A stretch of 63,118 bases of DNA, filler included, from Chiloscyllium plagiosum (lineage: Eukaryota), in NCBI RefSeq assembly GCF_004010195.1. It is 5 parts of one record of this genome, joined end to end, with 100 filler letters (N's around TTAATTAATTAA, not from the genome) between each part and the next. Parts side by side here need not be neighbours in the genome. Positions count along the whole stretch, not along the records: positions 9,680 to 25,089 come from NC_057712.1; 4 more parts are not named here. The stretch is one strand, 5' to 3'. Under the pieces are notes generated by a model. The model searched no databases. It was not told where the DNA came from and saw only the letters and a list, made by a program, of their open reading frames with translations. Shown here piece by piece: positions 12,201-23,085 of the stretch. The position numbers were made by a program, and so were the translations under genes. Each line of letters opens with the position of its first letter. Position 1 is the stretch's first letter.

Positions 12201-12725
12201 ATTATGACATCATGATGAGTATAGATAAGGTAAGTAGACAAGGTCCTTTCCCAGGGATGGGGCCGTTTCACCACATTCCACTGCTTGGAATTTTACACCA
12301 CAACACCCCAGTCCAACACCGGGATCTCCAAATTATGACATCATGATGAGTATAGATAAGGTAAGTAGACAAGGTCCTTTCCCAGGGATGGGGGAGTCCA
12401 AAACCAGACGGTATAGGTTTAAGGTGAGTGGGGAAAGATATAACAGGAATCAAAGAGGCAACCTTTTCATGCAGAGGGTGGTGAGTGTGTGGGATGAGCT
12501 GCCAGAGGTAAGTGGTGGAGGCTGATATGATTACAACATTTAAAATACATCTGGATAGGTATATGAAAAGGAAGGGTTTGGTGGGTTATGAGCCAAATGC
12601 TGGCAAATGGGACTAGATTTATTTAGGACATCTGGTCGGTATTTTCACGTTAGACCGAAGGGTCTGCTTACGTGCTATATATCTCTATGATTCTATGAGC
12701 TAGACCCTGCTGGCTGAGCCAGTAT

Positions 12726-13300
12726 TTAATGGCCATCTGTAGTTGCCCCAGAGAAGGTAGTATGGCAATATATTTCTAGATCAATGTTTGGAGTGCCTTG
12801 GAGTAGAATTTGCAGGAGATATTCCCATATACCTACTCCCCTTGTCCTTCTAGATGGAAGTGATTTTGCATTTGGAAGGTGCTGTTTAAGCACCCAAGGT
12901 GTATTTCTGCAATGCAATGGTAAATAGTGCTGCTGCTGAGCTTCACTGGTGGTTGTGCTGTCAATCAAGTGGGTTGCGTTGTCCTGGATGGTATCAAGTT
13001 TCTTGAGTGCTCTTGGAGCCAACCTCATCCAAGCAAGTTGGACATACTCCATCAGCCTCCTGATTTGTGTCTTGTAGATGGTTAATAGGTGTTGGGAAGT
13101 CAAGACGTGAGTTAGCTGCTGATGGTTTTCAAGCATTTGGTCTGCTCTTGTGGCTACTTCAATGTCCAGTTCAGTTTCTGGCCAATGTAATCCCCAGGAG
13201 GTTTATACTGAGGGATTCAATTGTGATGATGTCATTGAATGTTCAAGGGTTGAGGTTCAATTGTTGGAGAAGGTTGTTACCTGGCATCTGTGCAGCACAA
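12726..13300 (-). mobile_element. Old CR1/L2-group LINE ORF2 C-terminal fragment
   Basis: LLTIYKTQIRRLMEY..LAWM..AP..LKKLDTIQD (ORF 12726-13136). Confidence 0.65.
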
Positions 13301-13988
13301 ATGCAAATTACCCTAACCTTTATTTGAACATGAACAATTCTCCAATTCTCTAGTACCATCCCTTTATCTGGGAGAATTAGAATATTATGGCCAGTGCTCC
13401 TGCAATTTCTCACCAAACTTCATTCAGTATCCTTGGATGCATCTGATTCTACATGGTAGGCACTCAGTTAGCTCATTTGGCTGGCTTGTGTCACATAGCC
13501 ATACCAACAGTGTTGGTTAAATTTCTGCACCAACTGAAGTTACCACAACGGACACTCCTTATTAACTCTTCTCCTTCCGTGAGATATAGTGACTTTCAGG
13601 TTAAATCACATGTCATTTCTCCCTAATGAGAAAACTGCCCATGGCAACTTTACCTTTTACCTTCATTTTATCAGCTTTAATTCCAGTAAACCTTTCATTT
13701 ACTTTTTTATGATTATCCAGTCTCTCAATTACCTCCTCTTTCACTCTGACTTTGGCATCAGTTTCTTTCTTGGTCAAAACAGTTGCAAACTATTCATCTA
13801 ATATTCAGCATCATTTGCTCTCTCAGTAATGTTTTACCTCTTATGTTTGTGGAAAACTTTTAGATTCCTTTTATATTAGCTTCCAGTCTCCTATCATTTT
13901 CTCCTTTCCCTTCTTATTTTTAATTTCTGCTCAGAAAGTTTTTTATTCAAGCTGGTTTACAACTGAATTATCATCCAGATATTTGCAA

Positions 13989-14303
13989 TTAGATTAGATT
14001 ACATTACAGTGTGAAAACAGGCCCTTCGGCCCAACAAGTCCACACCGACCCGCCGAAGCGAAACCCACCCATACCCCTACATTTACCCCTTACCTAACAC
14101 TACGGGCAATTTAGCATGGCCAATTCACCTGACCCTGCACATCTTTTGGACTGTGGGAGGAAACCGGAGCACCCGGAGGAAACCCACGCAGACACGGGGA
14201 GAACGTGCAAACTCCACACAGTCAGTCGCCTGAGGCGGGAATTGAACCCAGGTCTCAGGTGCTGTGAGGCAGCAGTGCTAACCACTGTGCCACCGTGCCG
14301 CCC
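13989..14303 (-). mobile_element. HE1-type SINE, full length
   Basis: Same tRNA head, central domain and CR1 tail as 1965-2252. Confidence 0.9.
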
Positions 14304-14841
14304 ACAATGTACAGCACTTTCTTGGTTTATGTCACTTTCTAACTCTTTCATCATTCAGGAAGCTTTGGTAACCTTGCCAAGCCATCTCTAAAGGCAACCC
14401 AATATTTGATTACAGTTTTTCCTGTCAATCTTGTTTATTAGTAGGGACCGAAATCCTGTAGATTCCACAAAACTAATTTGCTTTATGTGCTGTTTGTGAC
14501 AATAATTAGACTGTCCTGATGATCAATTTTATGCCCTTGTTCATCAGTTTTAGTGCAAGGAGCCAGCTTTGCTGCTGACTTTGCACCCATGATCAGTGTA
14601 TCATCACCCAACAACATCCCTGCAATTAAGTTAGAGTATGTCACAGGAAACCTATCTTCATTCTTATTTTCCCTACAACAGAGGAATAGCATTTGAATTA
14701 CCGTGGAGCAGGAGATTGCAGAATTTGCTTGAAGATCAAAATCTCTACATATTGAACACCTAAGCAGATATCATGTGTTGTTAGAAAGAAACAAAAGCCT
14801 GGCTGTCATCACAACTGGGAAGCAAGAAACAGACTTGAAAT

Positions 14842-15699
14842 AGGAACAATATATTTTTTTTAATTGAGATTATCTCGTGGTTATTCTTTTTATCTTTTCT
14901 TTTGTCTATTTTTTCTTTTTTTTTACTTTTTCCTTACCCTACACCACCGCCTAATTGCAGTAGTGCTTATATTTTCCCCATGTTATGTGTGTGCAGGTGT
15001 GAGACACAGTGAGAGATACAAGGTGTACGAATCTTTATTCAATTTCCACCACCAGGAAGAAAGGAAAACACCCGAGTGGCCAGTGACAAGCAGTGCCCTT
15101 CTTATCAAAGGGCAATCTCCTGGTTACTTTTTTTCTTTTTCTTTTTTTTATTTAACCCCCGCACTACCACCTAAATGCGGTAGTGCTTATTTTTTCCCCC
15201 AGCACCCATGGTGTGTGTGTGCAGTTGTGAGACACAGTGAAAGGAACAATATTTTATTTTTTTTTATTTTTTTTTATTTTTTTTATTTTCTTTTATTTTT
15301 TTAACCCCCACACTACCACCTAAGTGCAGTAGTGCTTATTTTATCCCCAGCACCCATGGTTTTTATTTAACCCCCGCACTACCACCTAAGTGTGGTAGTG
15401 CTTATTTTTTTCCCCAGCACCCATGGTGTGTGTGTGCAGGTGTGAGACACAGTGAAAGGAACAATATTTTATTTATATATTTTTTTTAAACAAATTACAA
15501 ACAAACAGTTTACAAAAAACATTTACAGCTGTACATAAGAGACAGCAATGTTACAAGGGAGAGGAGCAGCAAAGCTAGGCCCCAAACCCTACCATTCAAC
15601 CATTTTACAGGGAGATGAGGACAAACCTCAAATCCCAGTTCCACTTATGGCAAGACAGTGACAATGACATTTGTACATTAGACAAAGGAACAATATTTT
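14842..15699 (-). mobile_element. Tandem stack of three poly(A)-tailed retro-insertions (L1/Tx1-type 3' ends) sharing one target duplication
   Basis: aggaacaatat(ttt) occurs at 14842, 15242, 15457 and 15686. The first three are followed by a T-rich tract (poly-A on minus). Two blocks contain the hairpin gcactacc-n-ggtagtgc. Confidence 0.65.
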
Positions 15700-15889
15700 A
15701 TACAACAGAGGAAGAGTGCTGATTGGTTGGGCCATCATTGCCAAGGAGATGAGGTAGGAACTGTTAATTGTCAATCTTAATTCTCAGATGAGGCAAGTAA
15801 ATTCTAATTGGTCAGAGTGTTGTCATAGGAAATGCAGCAGTAATTGGTAGTCTGCATGATGCTTGTTAAAAAATCTTTCATTTTAAAAC

Positions 15890-17100
15890 AGATTGAATTT
15901 GTTAAGGGAAAGTCATGTCTAACTTGCTGGAGTTTTTTCAGAAGGTAATAGAGAGGATTGATGGGAAGGTTGTTGATATGCTGTGTCTGGATTTCCATAA
16001 GATGTTTGATACCATGCCAGACAATGGGCATGGAAGGAAAGATATAGGTCATGGAATAAAAAGGACAGTAGGAGCAGTGCATTCAAAATTGGCTAAAGGA
16101 TATGAAACTGCAAGTCAAAAAGATTTCTTTTTAGGCTAGAGGAAGATTGTAGTTGAGTTCCCCAGGGATTGGTATTATGACCCTTGCTTTTCCTGATATA
16201 TTTAAATGATTAGATCTTGGTATGCAGGGGACAATTTCAAAGTTTGTGGATGATACTAAATTTGGGAGAATAGTAAACTGTGAGGAGGACAGTGTAGAAT
16301 TCCAAAAGAACATTGAGTTGGTGGAATAGACAAATAGGTGGCAGATGAGGTTCAAAGCAGATAATGATGAAGTCATGCACTTTGGAACAATGAACGTAGA
16401 GAGACAGTATAAATAAGGGGTATTATTCTAAATAGGATGGAAGACCAGAGAGATCTGAGGTATATGTGCATAATTCATTAAAGGTGGCAGGATAATTGGA
16501 GAGAGCCAGTAATAAAGTATATAGTACTCTTGGCTTTATTCATAGGGGCATAGAGTACAATCTGGTTAGGCCTTTGCTAAAGTATTGTTCTGATTGCTGT
16601 ATTTTAAGAAAGAGGTGAATGCATTGGAGATAGTGAAGTAGAGAGTTATGAGACTAGTTCCAAGAATGAGATACTTCAATTATGAGGAAAGATTGGAAAG
16701 GTTGGAACTGTTTACCATGAAGAAATGAAAGACAAGAGGAGGTTTGATAGACCTTTTCAAGACCATGAAGGGTCTAAACAGTGATAATGGAGAAACGGTT
16801 CCCACTTGCAAATGAATCAAGAACTAGAGCCCAGTTTTAAAGTGTTTTTCAAAAGAAGCAATACGAGGTGAGAATAAACGTTTTCACTCAAAGAGCAATT
16901 GTAGTATGGAATGCACTGCCTGGAAGTGTGATGGAGGTAGGTTCAACTGAGGCATTCAAGAGGGCATCGATGATTATTTTGATAGAAGCCATGTGCAATG
17001 TTAAGAGAAAAGATAGGAGATTGACACTAAGTTAAAATACTGACACGTTGGATTGAATGGCCTCCTCCTGCAACATAACAATTCTATTGTTCTGTGATAG
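15890..17100 (+). mobile_element. CR1 LINE RT to 3' end, decayed
   Basis: FVKGKSCL, NLLEFFQKV..DGKVVDMLCLDFHKMFD, SKFVDDTKFG and a typical 3' UTR. Confidence 0.8.
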
Positions 17101-17739
17101 TAGAGTTAAAAATTGGTGAGTTGGTGGTCAGTGGTGCCAATGGATAAAGTGAGGTTTGGAGGGTAGGGGTTCAGTGGGAAGCTTCAGGAGATTCTGAGAT
17201 TGTATTGTTGGGGAAGAGTAAGATGTAGGTAGATGGGGAGGGGAGGGGAATGATGCTGGGAGGTTGGTGGTGATCGAATGAAGGGGTGCAGACAGAGATT
17301 GAGATGTAACTGAATGTGGAGTTGGTGGTTGATGAACATGATAAATGGGTACAGTAATGCGGAATGTGCTAGAGAGAGATGTTGACATTGAGACAGTAGG
17401 TTTTCAGAGTTTATTGGATTTGGAGGTAACATCTCTGTTCCTCCTGGTCTGTAAGCAGTGATATAAAGTCACTTAACTAAATAATTTGAGGTTTCTATCT
17501 CCTTTTACTACTGGTTTACCTGGGACCTGGGAAATCCAACAATTGTGCTTAAATGTATATGATGTGGGATGATTTATAAAATCCAATTCAATTGACACCC
17601 TATGCTTCCCATCCTGTAGTCCTGAACACAAAAGTAAGCTAACAACTTATTCAGTACTGCCAACACTGAACTGTGGATGAAATGTTAAACTGAGGCCCCA
17701 TTTGTCTCTCATGTTGACTATAAAGATTCATGGAATCAT

Positions 17740-18618
17740 TAAAAGAAGCATAAGGTACAGAAGAAGGTCTTTGGTCTATCAAGTATGTACTATACACCAC
17801 ATCCTACACTAGTTCCACTTTCCTACACTAGACAATAGCCTTGAATGTTGTGACACTTTAAGTGTTCATCCAGGTACTTTTTAAAGGTTGTTAGGTTTCC
17901 CATCTCAAATACTCTCCCAGACAGTCTATTACAGATATCCACCATACTCTGGATGAAAATGTTTTCCTCAAGTCCCCTCTAAAACTCCTGCCTTTCACTT
18001 TAAAATTATGCCACCTTGTTATTGATCTTTTGGCTAAGGGAAACAGCTGTTTTCTATTCACCTTGTCACTACCCCGCATAATTATACACTTTTATCAAGG
18101 CCTCCTCAACATTCTCTGCCCCCCAAAAAAAGGCAAAAGTGAGGATTGCAGATCCTGGAGATTAGAGTCAAGATTAGAGTGGTGCTGGAAAAGTACAGCA
18201 TGTCAGGCAGCATCCGAGGAGCAGGAAAATCAACATTTCGAGCAGGAGCCCTTCAGCAGCAACACTCTAATCTTGACCCCAAAGAAAACACCCAAGCTCA
18301 GGCAGCCTTTCTTCATAGCTGAAATGATCCATCATAGGCAACATCCTAATGAGTCTCCTGTACACCCTCTCTAGTGGAATCACGTCCTTCCTACAGTACT
18401 GTACATGATACTCCAGGTGTGGCTGAATTAAAGTTCTGTATAGCAAAAAAATGACATCTCCACTCTTCCATGAGTGTTAAAAATTGACCAATGCAAGTGT
18501 CCTATATAATGCTACAAGATATAAGAGTATAATTAGGCCATTTGGCCCATCAAGTCTGCTCCACCATTCAATCATGGCTGATAGGTTTCTCTTGCCTTCT
18601 CCCTGTAATGCTTGATCC
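17740..18618 (-). mobile_element. CR1 3' fragments with a nested PLE terminal repeat (18135-18255)
   Basis: MRGSDKVNRKQLFP...HNFKVKGRSFRGDLRK. Nested aaagtgaggattgcagatcctggag repeat. Confidence 0.7.
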
Positions 18619-18815
18619 TGTTAAGTATATATTTGGAGGTGCTACCCCCTGTAAGAGAGCTGGTCAGATGACCCGGGAGGGTGTGGAGCTTGGGACCAAT
18701 CAAGAATCAGCTACAGAAGTGCTAGCATCGTTAATACAGTGTTCCTGTTCATATTTGCCATTGTATAATTCCTGATTCCAAAGAAAGCACTAACATAACA
18801 ATTGACAATGAGAGT
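18619..18815 (+). mobile_element. Probable short Gypsy-type LTR (18619-18800) followed by a decayed primer-binding site
   Basis: Begins TGTTAAG and ends CATAACA. It is immediately followed by attgacaatgag, resembling a CpG-decayed tggcgacgag PBS. Confidence 0.45.
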
Positions 18816-19200
18816 GGGGTCCGGTGTTTGTTTTCTCTCTGTCCTAAGCAGACATTGTCCAGACATTTTGGAAACAGCGTGGGACTATTATTTATTTATT
18901 GATCATTTAGGACATAGAACATAGAAGATAGAACTGCACAGCACAGGAACGGGCTTTTCGTCCCATGATATCCTGCCAAACATGACACCAAGTTAAACTA
19001 ATTCCTTCTGCCTGCCCTTGGTCATACCCTCCATTTCTTGCATATTCATGTGCTTATCTAAATGTTCCTTAAATGCCCTTATCATATCTGCCCTCTGGTA
19101 GCGTATTCCAGACTCCTACCACTCTCTGTGTAAAAAAACCTGCCCCTCACATCCCCTTTGAACTTTCCTCGTCTCACCTTAAATGCATGCCCCCAAGTAT

Positions 19201-19513
19201 GATTAGATTAGATTAATTACAGTGTGGAAACAAGCCCTTCAGCCCAACAAGTCCACACTGACCCGCAGAAGCGCAACCCACCCAGACACCTACGTTTACC
19301 CCTTCACCTAACACTACGGGCAATTTAGCATGGCCAATTCACCTAACCTGCACATTTTTGAACTGTGGGAGGAAACCGGAGCACCCGGAGGAAACCCACG
19401 CAGACACAGGGAGAATGTGCAGACTCCACACAGTCAGTCGCCTGAGGCGGGAATTGAACCCGGGTCTCTAGCACTGTGAGGCAGCAGTGCTAACCACTGT
19501 GCCACCATGCCGC
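19201..19513 (-). mobile_element. HE1-type SINE with target-site duplication
   Basis: Full head-to-tail copy flanked by ccccaagtat at 19191-19200 and 19514-19523. Confidence 0.9.
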
Positions 19514-20742
19514 CCCCAAGTATTAGAAGTTTCAATTCAGGAAAAAAGATTCTGACCATTCACCTTATCTCTCTATCTATAATTTTATAGACTTCCATCA
19601 AGTCTCCCTTTAGCCTCCACCACTCCAGAGAAAACAGCCCTAGTTTTTCTAGCCTCTCCTTATAGCTCAAACTCTCTAATCCAGGCAGCATCCTGGTAAA
19701 CCTCTTCTGCACCCTCTCCACAGCATCCATATCTTTCCTTAATGTGGAGACCAGAATTGAACACAATACTCGTAAATGTGGGCTACCCAAAGTCTTATAA
19801 AGCTGCAACATGACATCCTGACTCTGATACTCTGAGAAAGCCAATGTTGAATCCATACGGCCAAGTCACTGTGGACTTCTGGACGAGCCTACCATGTTGA
19901 AAAGCGTTCTAAAATCATGTAGACAATATCCACTGTTCTACCCTTTGATTACCTTTGTCACCTCCTCGAAAAAATCAATCAAATTGGTAAGACATGACCT
20001 GCCCTGCACAAATCCCTGCACAAAGCCATGCTGACTGTCCCTAATTAGGCTATGCATTTTCAAACGCACGTAAATCTTATTCTTAAGAATTCTCTCCATT
20101 AGCTTCCCAACCACTGATGTGAGACTTAATGGTTTATAGTTTCCAGGATTATCCCAATTTCCCTTCTTGAATAGAGGAACAACATTAGCGACTCACAGTC
20201 CTCCGGGACCTCTCCAGTGGCTAATGAGGATACAAAGATTTTGATCAAGGCCACAGCAATCTCCTCTCTTGCCTCTGTCAATAACCTGGGGTAGGTACCA
20301 TTGGGATTCTTATTCCCCTTAATTGCTCTTCATGAGATCCAACCACTTCTTTCATGATCTCAAAATGCTGTAGCATATTAGCATAGACTAATAAAGACAA
20401 GTATCCCATGAATCTTCTTAACTACATTGTCAATCTGTCCTGCTATCTTCAAGGATCTATGGACATGTACACAAAGGTTCCTCTGTACCTCCTGAAGTCC
20501 TACCACGCAATGTATATTTGCCATGTTACAGCTACCAAAATACATCATCTCACAATTTTCAGGATTAAATTTCATTGAGAGTGAAGGGTCTGTTTCCCTG
20601 CTGAATGAGTATATGACTCTACTTGCCGCTGTTTATCCTAGCTGACCCTCCTGTTTGCATTTTCCTGTAGTCTAAACTTTTCCTCCTCACTATTTACCAC
20701 ATCATCAATTTTCATGTTATCAGCTAATTTATTGATCGTACC

Positions 20743-21047
20743 TAGATTACATTACATTACATTACATTACAGTGTGGAAACAGGCCCTTCGGCCCAACAA
20801 GTCCACACCGACCCGCCGAAGCGCAACCCACCCATACCCCTACATTTACCCCTTACCTAACACTACGGGCAATTTAGCATGGCCAATTCACCTGACCTGC
20901 ACATCTTTCGACTGTGGGAGGAAACCGGAGCACCCGGAGGAAACCCACGCAGACACAGGGAGAACGTGCAAACTCCACACAGTCATTCGCCTGAGGCAGG
21001 AATTGAACCCGGGTCTCAGGCGCTGTGAGGCAGCAGTGCTAACCACT
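20743..21047 (-). mobile_element. HE1-type SINE (slightly 5'-truncated)
   Basis: (attac)n tail, central domain and B box as in the other copies. Confidence 0.9.
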
Positions 21048-22664
21048 GTATTTATGTCTAAATCTCCTGTATTTATGTCTAAATCATTTATGTACAGAAC
21101 AAACAGTAAAGGATGCAGCTCTGAACCCAGTGGTACACCTCTGAGCAGAAGCTTCCAGTCATAAAAACAATCTTCAACCATCATCCTCTGTTTCCTGTCA
21201 ATTTTGGATTCAAATTGCCCTGGATTCAATGGGCTCTTAGCTTCTTAAACAGACTGCCATATCAAAGTCCAAATAGACTACATCACTACCATCATCTATA
21301 CACCCAGATAAGTCCTCAGAAAATTCAATCTGATTTGTTAAACATGATCTCTCCACTGACAAAGCCATACTGACTATCCAAGGTTAATTCTGTCCTTCAG
21401 AACTTTTTCTAATAGTTTCCCTACAACAGATGTCAGACTCATTACCCTATAGTTTTCTTGCTTATCCCTACTTAAATAATATACTACATTAGCTGTCCTC
21501 CAGCTCTCTGCTACCACGCCTGTCGAGGCATTGAAAATTAATGTCAGAGCTCCTGCAATCATCTCCATTGCCTCCATTGCAGCCTACAATACATCTTACC
21601 TGGGCCTGGGTACTTATCCACATTCAAGTTTCTAGGACCACTAACACCTGTCAATGTCAATGGTAATTATTCAAGATAATCATATTCCCTCATCATTGTT
21701 TCTATTCTTACATTTTTTTCTATTGTCTACACAGTCACAAAGAACTCATTTAAAACTTCCGGCTTCACACACCTCCTTTCATTTCTACTAATTTCTATGA
21801 TATAGAAATTATATCTGATATAAACTGGACACCTTACATTACTGGGAATGCAGTAAGATATTGGCTCATTGCACTGAGTGTTACTATAATTAGTGATAAT
21901 TCAGTTGAACCCAGCGATTCACAAAGGGTCAGTGTTGCAGAGGTCAGAGATACAACGTGCACACAACCTGATTTCTCATCTCCAGGAGTGTGGGGGAATA
22001 TCCACAATACCCAGAGTGTGAGGGAAATGTGGAATTCGCTACAACCTGTCTTAAAGTGTTAATTTTCTTACTCACACACATTCTCTCTCTCTCCCGCCAT
22101 CACACACTTACCCTCCCTCTTTCTCTCTCTCTCATTTGAGATTCTGTGGAGTTAGAAATGTATTCTGATATCTTAACAGCAGGCCTTTAGGGGGCTGATA
22201 CCTGAGCAGGAAGGAGAGAACCTCATCTTTTCCCTGACTCTGAACTGATTTGCGCCTTGCTTTAGCAATCTTTCCTCAGAGCTGCCCACTCTTTTCCTCA
22301 CAGGCTCTGTCACTCAGTGGCTCCAGCACATTCACAGCACATTATCACCACACTGTACAGACTTGGATCTGCCAACCTTGCTATTCCGAATATACAGGCC
22401 TTAGGCCAAGTGAAATTACTCACATTTGTACAGTTTGTTACTCTTGTGATCAAGGTGACCAGGCACAAAAAATGTCAGAGGAGGACATCTCCTTATAGAG
22501 TCTTCTGCTACACTCCTGTCTTGGAATCATGGTGACAGGCCGGATCAGATTTCTTGATGGGTCACATTGTGGCCAAGGGCTGCCTGCTGGTCAAGTCTCA
22601 AACAGCTGCAAATAAGAAGAGGCTAGTTGTGTGATAGAGTAGGATGAAGGGAGATGAGAGGAAG

Positions 22665-22960
22665 GGCGCACTAGTAATATCACTGGACTAGTTATCCAGA
22701 ACCTCAAGCTAATGTTCTGGGGACATTGGTTCAAATCTCACTACAACATTTGAATTCAATTAAACCTGGAATGAAAATGGTGACCATATAACTACAGTCA
22801 ATTGTTGTAAAAATTCACTTGATATACAAATATACTTTAGGGAAGAAAATCTGCCATGCTTATCTGGTCCACTACAATTAGGTTAACTCTTAACTGCCCT
22901 CAGGATAATAAACCCTGGCTTAACCAGGAAACTGACATCCCATGAATGGAGTTAAAAGAA
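22665..22960 (+). mobile_element. Old tRNA-headed SINE-like repeat (related copies ~33380-33595 minus, ~39538-39800 plus)
   Basis: tagtaatatcactggactag ... ggttcaaatc (B-box-like) ... tttgaattcaatt ... ggtgaccat ... gggaagaaaatctgcc ... catcccatgaa plus A-rich tail. These motifs are shared among the three loci. Confidence 0.55.
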
Positions 22961-23085
22961 AAGGTTAAATGGAACACAAATGGTGACATAGACTTATTGG
23001 TCATGAACCTGTGCTGTCCAATCAGAAAATACAGACATAGAATATAGTAATTGAGTTCTGATGAAGTCATATTGGACTCAAAACC

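Larger units (their letters stand above)
18912..21700 (-). mobile_element. Stacked CR1 fragments (3' end, RT, linker) carrying two HE1 SINEs
   Basis: catagaa tail at 18912; VQKRFTRMLPGLESLSYKERLEKLGLFSLE; GVPLGSELHPLLFVLYINDLD; ENYRVMSLTSVVGKLLEK. Confidence 0.8.

Noticed and set aside
14701..14760. AG..GT-bounded minus-strand segment reading CSICRDFDLQANSAISCST
   Set aside because: Weak acceptor context and no recognisable homology; insufficient evidence for an exon.
17492..17535. Minus-strand VPGKPVVKGDR, collagen-like
   Set aside because: Gly periodicity is broken and there is no GT donor at the end, so it cannot be supported as an exon.
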